Assembly: GCA_048498835.1 (NCBI GenBank)
Contig: JBEHXF010000029.1
Coordinates: 1 to 24,035 of the forward strand
Direction of reading: 5' to 3'
Length of the DNA: 24,035 nucleotides
DNA from: Chlamydiota bacterium
GTDB lineage: Bacteria; Chlamydiota; Chlamydiia; Chlamydiales; SM23-39
The position numbers were made by a program, and so were the translations under genes. This document shows, piece after piece, positions 9,079 to 19,301 of this stretch. The stretch's first letter is position 1. Each line of letters starts with the position of its first letter. The notes under the pieces were generated by a model, which saw nothing but the letters and a program-made list of their open reading frames with translations, was not told where the DNA came from and made no database searches.

Positions 9079-9945
9079 TCAATGACTAAAGCTGGGAAGT
9101 AAACTGAAGTCGATTCTTGGAGAGCTGTAATTCGGTCTCATCGCGAAAGCGATCGTTGCATAACGAGCGTTTCCACTCTCTAAAACTATGTGGGGAGTGG
9201 GGTAGATGGAAAATTCTGCGAGTAAAGTTCCGGGAATTAAAAGAATAGAATTCTGATCTTCTTGCCGTAAAAACTCTCTGTGAGCTGAAGAAAAATCTTC
9301 TGCTATGAAAGAGGATTTATAAGGAGATAAAAGAAGGGAGTCATTGTCTGTACTATCGAGAAAAAGAGAAAAAGCGGTGCCATCGTAATGAGGGATTGTA
9401 GCGAGATAAGAGGGGAGATATTTGATCACTTTGAGGAGAAGCGGAGGGTGCCCGTCTAGGGAAGAAAAAATCGAGTCGATGCCCAATTCCGTGGCCGCCT
9501 GATTAAACAGGCTTCCATATGGTTTTTGGATCTGTAAGCATGCCTCAAAAAAATGGAAAATTTCGGGGGTTTTTTTGAATTCTGGATAATGAGACCAGAT
9601 AAATTCATGGAAATGAGTCGAATAATAGAAAGAGATGTGGTTTCTTTTTTCTCTATTTGACTCATCGTAGAAACCAAAAAAATCGGTGGAGTAATAATTT
9701 TTGGCTTTTGAGCGGATAAAGCGCTCTTTCACGAGAAATAACTTTTGTTTCCATTGCGGATTTCTCTGAAGAAATTCAATGAACTCATCGAAAGAAGCAT
9801 AGAGGGCATTGAAAGCGATTGTTCCATTGTTTTGGTCGCAAACTTCAGCATAACCAGTGCGTTCAAATTGTTCAGCAAGTGGTATGTTAGAATGGGATGA
9901 AAAGGCCAGGAAAGTTGATAGAAAAAAAATCTTTTGAATGAACAC
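9079..9945 (-). CDS. 2OG-Fe(II) oxygenase-like protein with signal-like N-terminus
   Basis: HxD (PHYDG), distal His (PTPHIV) and RYATIAF match the facial triad and 2OG-binding Arg. Start is uncertain; GTG 9945 avoids overlap with the divergent gene. Confidence 0.68.
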   Translation of the reverse strand: MFIQKIFFLSTFLAFSSHSNIPLAEQFERTGYAEVCDQNNGTIAFNALYASFDEFIEFLQRNPQWKQKLFLVKERFIRSKAKNYYSTDFFGFYDESNREKRNHISFYYSTHFHEFIWSHYPEFKKTPEIFHFFEACLQIQKPYGSLFNQAATELGIDSIFSSLDGHPPLLLKVIKYLPSYLATIPHYDGTAFSLFLDSTDNDSLLLSPYKSSFIAEDFSSAHREFLRQEDQNSILLIPGTLLAEFSIYPTPHIVLESGNARYATIAFAMRPNYSSPRIDFSLLPSFSH

Positions 9946-9988
9946 GGAAACATCGTATGATCTGTCCTCCGAATTTGTCAAGAAATGG

Positions 9989-11107
9989 ATGTTTACTCGT
10001 CTTTTTATTCTCTTCAGTATTGGTAGTCTTTGTGCCGAGTTGAAACATCCGGCAGATGTTTCGTATCTCGTAGCTGATTTTAAATACAGTCAACAGCACG
10101 GGCTGAAAATCTGTGAAGTACAACATGGAGCTCTTTCTGCAGTAACAGGAGATCTCTATCTTTCGGGAGGGGATGGCGCAATTTCACCACGTGTCGCCGA
10201 CTTTTTTTCCTCCTTTCCCATAAAAAAATGGGCTGTCGGATTTCTTTATGCACCTCTTAAAAGGGCTTTTGCTGCTAAAGAATGGGAAATACAAGACTCG
10301 ATGAATCATCTTTTAAAAGATCCCGCTTTTTTACAATGCGCAAAGACGCCCCCTATCGATCCTTTTTCGATCGCGTCTTATGGAGGGATCGTTTATGGCG
10401 CTTGCAATGTGATCCACAATTTTGATTTCTATCGGAAAGCTTATCCAGGAATTTTGTTTATCGATGAAGCGACTTTTCCCTTTTGGAAGAATAAATACAA
10501 GATGAGCGCTCTTTTTGATCAAAGCGAGGAGTTAAAGCAGTTTAAAGCCGATTGGAGACTCTATCCCAAGAAATATGACCCACTCTTGCACATCAAAATT
10601 CAAGAAGATATGCCTTCAGAGTTTTATGTCATCAAGCCTAAAAAACAATGTTTGGCCAATGGTGTAATCGTTGTTGCAAATGCTGATTTAGATGCTACCC
10701 TTCAATTCATTTTAACACCTTCAGAAGCCCTTCGGAAACATCCGGATAAGAAGTATACTTATTGGCAGACAAGCGGTGAGGATAGCTTTCTGATCGAAAA
10801 GTACTATCCCTCCGACTTTTTCACGTTTACTTCCCCCTTGAGCCTTTCCCCACAGCTTTATGACGCAACTCTACGCCTTGCCTTTATCCTTCAATGCTCC
10901 GAAGGGCAGCTGAGCTATCACTGTTTGGGAGGATTTTGGAAGCTCCCTCCTAAATCTCTGGATGAAGAGGGTACGCTCAATGAAAAGACCATCTCTCTTT
11001 GCGAGCCCCCTTTCTATGCGCCAATTGATCCAGAACTTTTCGTGGAAATCAATCCGCAAATGGAGCGGGCTATGCTGCTTCTCTATGAAGTTATGCTTAA
11101 GAGGTGA
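9989..11107 (+). CDS. Hypothetical exported protein, circularly permuted ATP-grasp-like
   Basis: NKYKM, YVIKPKKQCLANGVIVV and FLIEKYY resemble ATP-grasp nucleotide-binding elements. ADFKY...GLKICEVQ near the N-terminus resembles the usual C-terminal D...ExN strand pair. Signal-like MFTRLFILFSIGSLCA. Confidence 0.55.
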   Translation: MFTRLFILFSIGSLCAELKHPADVSYLVADFKYSQQHGLKICEVQHGALSAVTGDLYLSGGDGAISPRVADFFSSFPIKKWAVGFLYAPLKRAFAAKEWEIQDSMNHLLKDPAFLQCAKTPPIDPFSIASYGGIVYGACNVIHNFDFYRKAYPGILFIDEATFPFWKNKYKMSALFDQSEELKQFKADWRLYPKKYDPLLHIKIQEDMPSEFYVIKPKKQCLANGVIVVANADLDATLQFILTPSEALRKHPDKKYTYWQTSGEDSFLIEKYYPSDFFTFTSPLSLSPQLYDATLRLAFILQCSEGQLSYHCLGGFWKLPPKSLDEEGTLNEKTISLCEPPFYAPIDPELFVEINPQMERAMLLLYEVMLKR

Positions 11108-11188
11108 ACAGACAATTACATATTTAGGGTAGGCAAAAAAAGTTCAAGTTGCTTAACTGCTGAGATGTTTAACCAATAAGGAGGCTTT

Positions 11189-11401
11189 ATGAGCATCTCA
11201 CGTGTATTTGGTATTATTTTGTTTTTTATTGGAATTCTTTGCTTGTGGATGGGATTTAATGCGACACAAGCTCCCTTAGACCAGATTACCGAAACGGTCA
11301 CCGGTCGCTTAACAAAACAGACGACGATTTACATCATCGGTGGGATCATCATGTTTTTTGTAGGTGGCGCTCTGTTTTTACGTGGACGTCCTAGACCTTA
11401 G
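11189..11401 (+). CDS. DUF3185-family small membrane protein
   Basis: Two TM helices flanking ITETVTGRLTKQT; RBS AGGAGG upstream. Confidence 0.8.
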   Translation: MSISRVFGIILFFIGILCLWMGFNATQAPLDQITETVTGRLTKQTTIYIIGGIIMFFVGGALFLRGRPRP

Positions 11402-11528
11402 TCTTCTTGGAAGGTGTCCAAAAATCAATTCTTTGGTTTTGGGGCATCTTCTTCTCATTTCGTTAGCTTTATTTTCGATTGTCCTAAAAACAAGTGCATG
11501 TAATACACAATTTTTAGGAGAAAATGAG

Positions 11529-13037
11529 ATGAATCATTCTCGTTCTGCAGGTCAACCAGATGTGATCTTAGTGGGTAGCGGCATCATGAGCGCTACACTC
11601 GGGGTATTTTTAAAAGAATTGAGCCCTGAACTCAAAATTGAGATGTACGATGCATTAGAGGGAGCTGGATTAGAGAGCTCGAATGCTTGGAATAATGCAG
11701 GAACGGGACATGCAGCCAATTGCGAGCTCAATTATACGCCCGAAAGAGAGGATGGAAGTGTAGATATTTCTAAAGCTTTAGAAGTGAATGTCGAATTTGA
11801 CCTTTCAAGACAGCTCTGGTCTTACTTAGTCAAAAACAAAAAACTCCCCGATCCGAAAACCTTTATCCACCCTGTGCCCCACATGAGTTTTGTAACCGGG
11901 GACAAAAATGTTGCCTTTCTCAAGAAACGGTATGAAGCAATGAGCCATCACCATTGCTACCAGGGAATGGAATATACCGAGGATTTAGAGCAATTGCGGC
12001 AATGGGCTCCTCTAGTTGTGGAGGGCCGCGATCCGAAAGAAGCTTTTGCAGCGACTCGCATGATGACAGGAACGGATGTCGATTATGGTTCCTTGACTCG
12101 TAGTCTGGTTAGTCATCTCCACACTTTGGAGGGTTTTACAGTCCACTACTCACACCGTGCGACAGATATTCAAAGAGAGCCGGATGGATCTTGGCGAGTT
12201 GAGTTTAAAGATGAAAAAACCGGTAACGATGTATCGCGCAGAGCTAAATTTGTCTTTTTAGGAGCCGGAGGGGGGGCCCTTCCTCTTTTGCAAAAATCTC
12301 AAATTCCTGAAATACGAGGCTATGCCGGCTTTCCAGTCAGTGGAATTTGGCTTCGGTGCGATAATCCTGAAATCAGCGCTCGACATCAAGCGAAGGTGTA
12401 TGGAAAAGCCTCGGTCGGCTCGCCGCCTATGTCTGTACCGCATCTGGATACACGAGTGATTGAGGGAAAGCGCTCGATTCTTTTTGGTCCCTATGCAGGC
12501 TTTTCGACCCGATTTTTAAAGCATGGCTCTCTGCTAGATTTTTTCCGCTCTATTCGCTTGGACAATATCAAATCCTTGTTGGCAGTAGCTCGTGATAATA
12601 TGAATCTCACCGAGTATTTAATTGGACAGATCTTCCAATCATCTCATCATCGATTTGCTGCCCTGCAAGAATACTACCCAAAGGCCAGACCCGAAGATTG
12701 GAGATTGGAAGTGGCTGGCCAGCGCGTTCAGATCATTAAACCCGATGCAAAAAGAGGCGCGCTTTTGGAATTCGGGACCGAGCTCGTCTCCTCATCGGAT
12801 CATTCTCTGGTGGGATTGATGGGCGCCTCACCCGGCGCTTCGACAGCCGCATTTATCGCAATCCATCTCTTAGAAAAGTGTTTTGCCAAAAAACTTCCGA
12901 GCTGGCTGCCTAAATTAAAAGAAATCATCCCTTCTTATGGACAATCGATTCAAGATGATGAAGAGCTGTGTAAAAGGATTCGCGCTGATACGGCTGCAGT
13001 CTTAAAGTTAGAAAATAGAAATGAGAGCGTAGGATGA
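11529..13037 (+). CDS. mqo: Malate:quinone oxidoreductase
   Basis: LVGSGIMSATLG, ESSNAWNNAGTGHAANCELNYTP, SVPHLDTR, AGQRVQIIK and GASPGAST; AGGAG precedes ATG 11529. Confidence 0.96.
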   Translation: MNHSRSAGQPDVILVGSGIMSATLGVFLKELSPELKIEMYDALEGAGLESSNAWNNAGTGHAANCELNYTPEREDGSVDISKALEVNVEFDLSRQLWSYLVKNKKLPDPKTFIHPVPHMSFVTGDKNVAFLKKRYEAMSHHHCYQGMEYTEDLEQLRQWAPLVVEGRDPKEAFAATRMMTGTDVDYGSLTRSLVSHLHTLEGFTVHYSHRATDIQREPDGSWRVEFKDEKTGNDVSRRAKFVFLGAGGGALPLLQKSQIPEIRGYAGFPVSGIWLRCDNPEISARHQAKVYGKASVGSPPMSVPHLDTRVIEGKRSILFGPYAGFSTRFLKHGSLLDFFRSIRLDNIKSLLAVARDNMNLTEYLIGQIFQSSHHRFAALQEYYPKARPEDWRLEVAGQRVQIIKPDAKRGALLEFGTELVSSSDHSLVGLMGASPGASTAAFIAIHLLEKCFAKKLPSWLPKLKEIIPSYGQSIQDDEELCKRIRADTAAVLKLENRNESVG

Positions 13038-13420
13038 TACGCTGTATACGCCTTTGGAGTGGAGCTGATCAAAATTCCTATTTTGAAGAGGGGCTGATTG
13101 AACTGAAACCCGGCTCTAAAACCGATTTAGTCAGTGGAGCGTTTCCCATTCAAAAGTCCTTTTTTCAAGAGACACCTTCTGGAGGATCTTTTGATTGGCA
13201 TACAGCGCCCGTTAGACAGTTTGTGATCACTTTGAGTGGGGTATTGGATTTTAAAACGCGTACAGGAGAGCATTTTCAACTATCGCCGGGTATCGTTTTA
13301 TTTGCCGAAGACACGATTGGAACAGGTCATTCATGGAAACTGGTAGACAAAGATCCGTGGTGTCGTCTTTATTTGGTTCTGACCAGGGATGCGATTATTC
13401 CATTCAGAAAGCTCTCTTAG
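13034..13420 (+). CDS. Cupin-domain protein
   Basis: WHTAPVRQFVITLSG and LFAEDTIGTGHSW; ATGA overlap with mqo. Confidence 0.8.
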   Translation: MIRCIRLWSGADQNSYFEEGLIELKPGSKTDLVSGAFPIQKSFFQETPSGGSFDWHTAPVRQFVITLSGVLDFKTRTGEHFQLSPGIVLFAEDTIGTGHSWKLVDKDPWCRLYLVLTRDAIIPFRKLS

Positions 13421-13458
13421 AGGTCGTTCTGTCTAACATTCATAAATAATGAGAGATA

Positions 13459-13561
13459 AAAAATATCAGCGCAGAGTGTAACCGAAAAGAGAATCATTTC
13501 TTTTTTCTCTGCGTCTCAGCGCTGATATTTTTCTCGTTTCTCTTCCTTAACTCGAATCGAA
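13459..13561. repeat. CGCAGAG-type palindromic repeat, copy 2, between convergent genes
   Basis: 14-bp perfect inverted repeat AAAAATATCAGCGC (13459-13472) / GCGCTGATATTTTT (13519-13532); 22-bp identity with 1168-1189 on the opposite strand. Confidence 0.82.
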
Positions 13562-13564
13562 CTC

Positions 13565-14956
13565 TTAAACCATTTTTCTGGGGTCTACAATGCGATCAAA
13601 ATCAGATGCGGAAATAGCCTTCAATTTCAAGGCGGCCTCTTTGAGAGATAGATCATGGTCTAGGGCGTAATGAGCCACTTCAGAGGCCTTATCGTATCCG
13701 ATGGTAGGAGAAAGAGCCGTTACGAGCATCAAGCATCGGCTTACATAGAAATCGAGTTTTTCTTGATTGATCGACATGCCCTGGACAAGAAACTTGTTAA
13801 AGTTCTCCATGCTGTCCGATAAGGTGCGGATCGATTTCATCACATTGTGAAGAATGAGGGGTTTGTACACATTCATCTCGAGATATCCGCTTGCGCCGCC
13901 AAACCCGACGGCTACGTCGTTCGCCATGACTTGAACAGCCACCATGGCAAGCGCTTCACACTGAGTGGGATTTACTTTACCCGGCATGATGGAAGAGCCA
14001 GGCTCATTGGCTGGAATGAGCAGCTCCGCGAGGCCTGTATGAGGCCCAGAAGAGAGGAGGCGAATGTCATTGGCGATTTTGTACAGTGAAACAGCTAACG
14101 TTTTGAGGGTACCAGAGAGTTGAACTAGAGCGTCGTGAGCTCCTTGTACAGTGAATTTATTCGGTGCTGAAACGAAAGGCAGCTTGGTAATAGACGCTAC
14201 CTGAGCGGCGATTTCCTCGGCAAACCCGGCCTCGGCGTTGAGTCCAGTTCCCACTGCCGTTCCTCCGGCTGCGAGATGATAGACATCGGCTAAAGCAGCT
14301 TGGATTCTCTTCTGGTTATCGTCGAGCATTCCCACGTAACCAGAAAATTCTTGACCCATGGTGATGGGAGTCGCATCTTGGAGGTGAGTGCGCCCAATTT
14401 TAATGATTTGTTTCCAAAGTTTAGCTTTATCTTGCAGGCCATCTCTTACCTCTTTTAAAGAGGGGAGTAAATGCTGCGTGACTTGGATCGCAACAGTGAT
14501 ATACATCGCAGAGGGGAAAGAGTCATTGGAAGATTGAGCCATATTGACGTCATCATTCGGATGGACTGGCGTTTTCGATCCTAAAGGCTTTCCCGCAAGT
14601 TGAGAGCAGCGATTGGCGATCACCTCATTCATATTCATATTGAATTGGGTTCCGCTGCCGGTCATCCAGACATGCAAAGGGAATTGATCGGCATGCTTTC
14701 CCTGAATGATTTCATCGCATACTGCAATGATGAGATCCGCTTTCTCTTTCGATAGACGACCTAGCTTTTGATTGGCGAGCGCTGCGCTTTTCTTTAATAT
14801 GGCATAGGGACCGATCAACTCTTTTGGTATGAGATCTTCGCCGATGCTAAAATGCTTGAGAGATCTCTCAGTCTGTGCTCCCCATAATTTATCTGCGGGA
14901 ACTTGAACTTCACCTAAGCTATCTTTCTCAGTTCGGAAATCTCTCTTTTCTAGCAC
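13565..14956 (-). CDS. fumC: Class II fumarate hydratase
   Basis: [15 protein letters not shown] signature, [24 protein letters not shown] and [13 protein letters not shown] start after AAGAGG. Confidence 0.97.
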   Translation of the reverse strand: MLEKRDFRTEKDSLGEVQVPADKLWGAQTERSLKHFSIGEDLIPKELIGPYAILKKSAALANQKLGRLSKEKADLIIAVCDEIIQGKHADQFPLHVWMTGSGTQFNMNMNEVIANRCSQLAGKPLGSKTPVHPNDDVNMAQSSNDSFPSAMYITVAIQVTQHLLPSLKEVRDGLQDKAKLWKQIIKIGRTHLQDATPITMGQEFSGYVGMLDDNQKRIQAALADVYHLAAGGTAVGTGLNAEAGFAEEIAAQVASITKLPFVSAPNKFTVQGAHDALVQLSGTLKTLAVSLYKIANDIRLLSSGPHTGLAELLIPANEPGSSIMPGKVNPTQCEALAMVAVQVMANDVAVGFGGASGYLEMNVYKPLILHNVMKSIRTLSDSMENFNKFLVQGMSINQEKLDFYVSRCLMLVTALSPTIGYDKASEVAHYALDHDLSLKEAALKLKAISASDFDRIVDPRKMV

Positions 14957-15037
14957 TGATAAGTCCTCTTCAAAATTAATATTCGAAATAACAGAACCGC
15001 ATTTTTAAAAGAACGAGAATCTAGAGGTTGTTTGAAC

Positions 15038-15745
15038 CTAGATTCTTTGTAATTCTGACCAAAGATGTTCGAAAAGCTCTTCTAATTCTTCGGAAGGGGG
15101 AGCGGATTTATGTTGGTGAGTGTACTGATTTGGATCTAGCTTGTAATAAGGCCGGAAGAAATCACAAAGTTTGGAAATGGGATCTTTTTCAATGTCAAAT
15201 ATCAGCAAATCTCCAGGTCGATCTTTGAAATATTCTAGAACGGCTTCATGGTGGTGATCCCACTCGAGACTCCATTCAGAGAACATTTCTAAAAGGCTAA
15301 GGCCATAAACGCGAGCCGAATCTTCCAGATAATGACCCTGTCTATGTGATACTCTACTTTTCAGCCACTTTTTTTTGTCTCTTGTGTTGAGAATGAATTT
15401 ACTTCCGGGATATTGCGAATCGAGTTCTTTAAAAAGCAGTTGGGCAATGTAGAGTTTCTCGTGTACACATTCTAGGTCGAAAAAGGCGACGATGTCTTGA
15501 TATTTTGGCCCAATCAGAGGCAATCCTCTTAAATAATTTTCATGGATTGAGCTGGCGAGAACTCCTCTATTCCAGTGGATACTTTTGATGTTGTTGTTTT
15601 GAAAAAACCGACTTAGAGAAGCGGTTCCGCAGCGATTAAAGCCAATTTGAAAAATCTTGGGTCGAGAGACGCTCCTCTGATCATTTGCTCGAGCTACCAT
15701 TCCAATGGGGAAAAAGAGAATCAACAACAAATAGAAGGTTTTCAT
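15038..15745 (-). CDS. Sulfotransferase-family (P-loop) protein with signal peptide
   Basis: KIFQIGFNRCGTASL (PAPS-binding-like), YPGSKFILNTRD..WLKS, YFKDRPGDLLIFDI and LCDFF. Confidence 0.78.
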   Translation of the reverse strand: MKTFYLLLILFFPIGMVARANDQRSVSRPKIFQIGFNRCGTASLSRFFQNNNIKSIHWNRGVLASSIHENYLRGLPLIGPKYQDIVAFFDLECVHEKLYIAQLLFKELDSQYPGSKFILNTRDKKKWLKSRVSHRQGHYLEDSARVYGLSLLEMFSEWSLEWDHHHEAVLEYFKDRPGDLLIFDIEKDPISKLCDFFRPYYKLDPNQYTHQHKSAPPSEELEELFEHLWSELQRI

Positions 15746-15859
15746 CGCGCCTCAATCACACGTTCGTTTTTCAAGAAGATGCCCTTTTTGCCATATAGAG
15801 TTTATACTAGAATACAAATTCCATATCGGAACGTTTAAGAGGAACATTCCAACATGGGA

Positions 15860-15917
15860 CTCACCTCCGGGCCCAGAATTTTCTGGGCTTTATTGGAGGT
15901 GGAGAGACGCATTTAGA
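15860..15917 (-). repeat. tmRNA 3'-end duplicate (att-like site D) within a fold-back
   Basis: TGGAGGTGGAGAGA at 15894-15907 equals 22651-22664. It is preceded by CTCACCTCC and the GCCCAGA/TCTGGGC hairpin. The flank CGCATTTAGA resembles TGCATTCAGA at site C. Confidence 0.85.
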
Positions 15918-16065
15918 GGGTGTTTGGTAATAAAATTTCGATCGCTTTTTCGGTTTGGCAACTTTAAAAAACAGTCTCTTAAGGTTAGCTAATGCTATTT
16001 TTCTTGAATTGCTAATTTTTTTTTTGCTTTATAGATAAAAGCAAGAATGAACACGGTCTGGTGAT

Positions 16066-19000
16066 ATGCAAAAAATCCTTTTTCACGCACAACTAATGTT
16101 TGCTGCCTGTATTTTATCGACCCATTCAATAGACGCCGCAACGAGACTTGTCATAAGTACTTCAAATGATCAGAACATGATGGGTACGTTGCCTTATTGG
16201 CTTCTAAATGCTGAAGACGGCGATATCATTGACTGTCATTCGATTGCAGGACAATCGATTCTTTTAACCTCTTCGCTCCCTGCGATCACGAAAAGCTATA
16301 CGATTCAAGGCGCCGGAATCACCATCGATGGAGCGAATAACTATCAAGCTTTTCAGGCGGCCTCAGGAACGACCGCGATCAATCATGTTATTATCCAACA
16401 TGCAATTTCTAAAGGAGGAAATGGTGGTAATGGATATTCGGGTGGTGGAGGTTCTGTCGGAGGAGGAGGAGCTCTTTACATCCATGGAGATGCTAGTATA
16501 ACCCTAATGACTTCTAGCCTTCTCAACAATACGGCTCAAGGTGGTGATGGAGGCTCCGGAAATTTGAATGGAATCAGTGGCGGCGGCGGCGGTGGTGGAT
16601 TTGGAGGGGGATCTGGGGGAAATTGTGTGCTCTTCGTGACCACAGGTGGGGGTGGAGGGGGGCATAGTAATGGTGGAAAAGGGGGAACTGACCCGGATAG
16701 TATCTCGAATGCAAATGGTAGTAACGGAGTTTTTTTTGGCGGCGGTGGTGGCGGCGCTGGGGGGAATTCAATGTCACATGGAGGCGTAGGTGGAAACGCA
16801 GCTCTCAATGGCGCATTTATAGGTGGCAACCAATCGGCCGGTAATGGCGGAGGGGGAGCAGGAGATAGTGAAAATGGTATTTCGGCGAGCGGCGGAGCGG
16901 GAAGCGGGGTGGCTGGAGATGGAGGCAGCGGGATTGGATCTGATTCTTTATTTGGAGGCGGTGGTGGCGGAGGCTCTTCAATGGAAAGCTCAAATCCTGG
17001 AGGGACTGGTGTAGGAGCTGCTGGAGGTGGCGGCAGCTCTATTGCTTCAGGAGGAGCGGGAGGGGTTCTCGGCGGCGGCGGTGGAGGCGGTGGTGTTATA
17101 GGTATTGGAGGGACGGGAGGATTTGGAGCTGGCGGTGGCGGGGCAGTCACTGGCGGCTTAGGCGGCGGTGGATTTGGAGCGGGAGGGGGCAATGGAGGAT
17201 CGGATCCAGTTGGAATAGCAGGTGGGGGCGGTGGTTCCGGATTGGGAGGAGCCATTTTCATCCAAAGCAATGGCAGCTTAACGATTGTAGATGCTGTGCA
17301 AATTTCTGATAATACAGTCATTGCTGGACTCGGAGGATCTTCAACTAGTTCAACCGACCCCGACTACATACCAGCTGGCGATGGAGCTGCTATGGGTTAT
17401 GACATCTTTGTCCGTGAGCAAGGGTCGATTACCTTTAATCTGAGCAATACATTAACGATTGAAACTCCTATTGAAGGAGATCAAACGAGCGGGCCGTCTA
17501 CAAGCGGAGGACTCAATAAACTCGGAAGAGGTAGATTAAACCTAACTGGGGAAAATACCTATTCAGGGACTACAGCAGTGGATGGCGGTACTCTCAACTT
17601 AAATGGAAGTGTGATCGGAAGTACTATAGTTGGCGTTGGAGCCACCTTTTCAGGCAATGCCACAGTGTTGGGCAATCTTACAAGCTCGGGCGTTTTAGCG
17701 CCTGGGAACTCGATTGGGACAATCCATACAACCGATCTGCTATTGCATTCATCCGGTCGACTAGAAATTGAAGTAGCCTCTGATGGGACAAACGATCTCA
17801 TTGATGCGACAGGAACGGCAGAGTTAGCTGGCCGCCTGGAGATGGATATCGATCTAGCTGCACCAACTGGAGCCTACACAGTTCTTACATCAGCGGCTAT
17901 TATAGGTTCTTTTAACTCTATTGCATTTACTGGAATCACGCCAAAGTATGCCATTTCCTATCTGCCAGATGGAGCTCCTACGTATGTACAATTTAATTTT
18001 TTAGGATTTCCAATCCTCCCTACGCAAGGTCTCTCTGGAAACAATTTAAGAGTTGCCCAATATCTCAATCAATTAATTCCCTACGCCAAATCGCTTGGGT
18101 TAGGAGATCAATATATTCTATTGGAGGGCCTTTCTGATTCTGCCTATCAAAACGCACTTCAATCAATCAGTCCTACAAGAAATTCGAGTCTCACATTCGC
18201 TGCGCAAAACATGATGTTTATGTTTTCCGATTCGCTTGAGTCCCATTTTACCAAAAGAAGGCTCGCTTATAGTCAAAAGAAATCGAGTCAGAAAAAGGAG
18301 CTAAGCTTCTTAGCAGACGAGGAACTTTTGGCAGCCAATCAACTCCCTCGTAAGACCTCCTCTTCTCCCAAAACTTCTCAAATTTGGGCAACCGGTTTTG
18401 GAGCTTTCAGCCGTCAAGATTCTCAAAATCAAACACCCGGCTTTAATTTCAATAGCGGCGGCCTCTTTATAGCGTATGATTACGGAAACACCGATCAAGG
18501 TTGTATCGGCGCGCTAGGTGGATATGCCCACTCATCGATTCAGGAAGACCATTCGATGGGAAGCGGCGATATCAATGCCGGATTCCTCAGTATCTACGGG
18601 ACACGATCTCTGTCTGATTTCTTTGTCGATGTGGCTATTTGGGGACAATGTATGGGAGTGGATCAAAAACGGAATATTTTCTTTCCGGGATTTGACAGCA
18701 CCGCCAAGAGTTCTTATCACGCAGGCCAACTCGATCTCCATTTTGGCACCGGCTATGATTTCAATCTCTACACTGGGACTATCGAACCCTTTGCGCTCTT
18801 AGACTGGGTCTGCGAATGGGATCCGACTTATTCAGAAACAGGCGCCACTGCCTATAATATGGAAATCTCATCCAAAAGTTCGTGGATGTTGCGCTTCGAA
18901 ACTGGTTTAAATGGTTATAACACCACCACATTCAGTTCAGGAGTTTTAATTGCTCGAGCAAAGTTAAGCTATGTTTACAAAAAGCCTCATCATGTAGGAA

Positions 19001-19200
19001 CTCTCAATGCAGCAATTGTCGGCGCTCCCATCTCCTTTTTTGTCGAAGCCTTTAGCGCCGATCAAAGTCTTGTTTCTCCTGCCGCCGAACTGTTCTGGCA
19101 AACAAATTGGAATGGTTACGGATCGATTAGCTATGACGGAGAATTTGGAAGCGGTTACACCTCGAATCAATTCTACGGAAAATTAGGCTATTTCTTTTAG
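16066..19200 (+). CDS. Glycine-rich autotransporter (Pmp-like), paralog 2
   Basis: Signal peptide, Gly-rich passenger with GGALY/GGAIF, a PATR-like repeat (LNKLGRGRLNLTGENTYSGTTAVDGGTL) and a beta-barrel ending YGKLGYFF. Confidence 0.9.
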   Translation: MQKILFHAQLMFAACILSTHSIDAATRLVISTSNDQNMMGTLPYWLLNAEDGDIIDCHSIAGQSILLTSSLPAITKSYTIQGAGITIDGANNYQAFQAASGTTAINHVIIQHAISKGGNGGNGYSGGGGSVGGGGALYIHGDASITLMTSSLLNNTAQGGDGGSGNLNGISGGGGGGGFGGGSGGNCVLFVTTGGGGGGHSNGGKGGTDPDSISNANGSNGVFFGGGGGGAGGNSMSHGGVGGNAALNGAFIGGNQSAGNGGGGAGDSENGISASGGAGSGVAGDGGSGIGSDSLFGGGGGGGSSMESSNPGGTGVGAAGGGGSSIASGGAGGVLGGGGGGGGVIGIGGTGGFGAGGGGAVTGGLGGGGFGAGGGNGGSDPVGIAGGGGGSGLGGAIFIQSNGSLTIVDAVQISDNTVIAGLGGSSTSSTDPDYIPAGDGAAMGYDIFVREQGSITFNLSNTLTIETPIEGDQTSGPSTSGGLNKLGRGRLNLTGENTYSGTTAVDGGTLNLNGSVIGSTIVGVGATFSGNATVLGNLTSSGVLAPGNSIGTIHTTDLLLHSSGRLEIEVASDGTNDLIDATGTAELAGRLEMDIDLAAPTGAYTVLTSAAIIGSFNSIAFTGITPKYAISYLPDGAPTYVQFNFLGFPILPTQGLSGNNLRVAQYLNQLIPYAKSLGLGDQYILLEGLSDSAYQNALQSISPTRNSSLTFAAQNMMFMFSDSLESHFTKRRLAYSQKKSSQKKELSFLADEELLAANQLPRKTSSSPKTSQIWATGFGAFSRQDSQNQTPGFNFNSGGLFIAYDYGNTDQGCIGALGGYAHSSIQEDHSMGSGDINAGFLSIYGTRSLSDFFVDVAIWGQCMGVDQKRNIFFPGFDSTAKSSYHAGQLDLHFGTGYDFNLYTGTIEPFALLDWVCEWDPTYSETGATAYNMEISSKSSWMLRFETGLNGYNTTTFSSGVLIARAKLSYVYKKPHHVGTLNAAIVGAPISFFVEAFSADQSLVSPAAELFWQTNWNGYGSISYDGEFGSGYTSNQFYGKLGYFF

Positions 19201-19301
19201 AAATTAGGAAGGTGGCTTGGCTTTTCGCAACGCTTAAAATGCCAAATCTAGTCGCCAAAAGTTAAGGCTTTAAGTCGAGGTTAAATTTTTTTAATACAAC
19301 C

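Noticed and set aside
11364..11528. N-terminal extension of Mqo in the ORF track
   Set aside because: Overlaps the DUF3185 gene; RBS and family start favour ATG 11529.
17022..17030. TGGAGGTGG as a fifth att-like site
   Set aside because: Only 9 nt, inside Gly codons, with no flanking fold-back.
16536..17321. 261-aa poly-Pro ORF
   Set aside because: Antisense shadow of the Gly-rich passenger of autotransporter 2.
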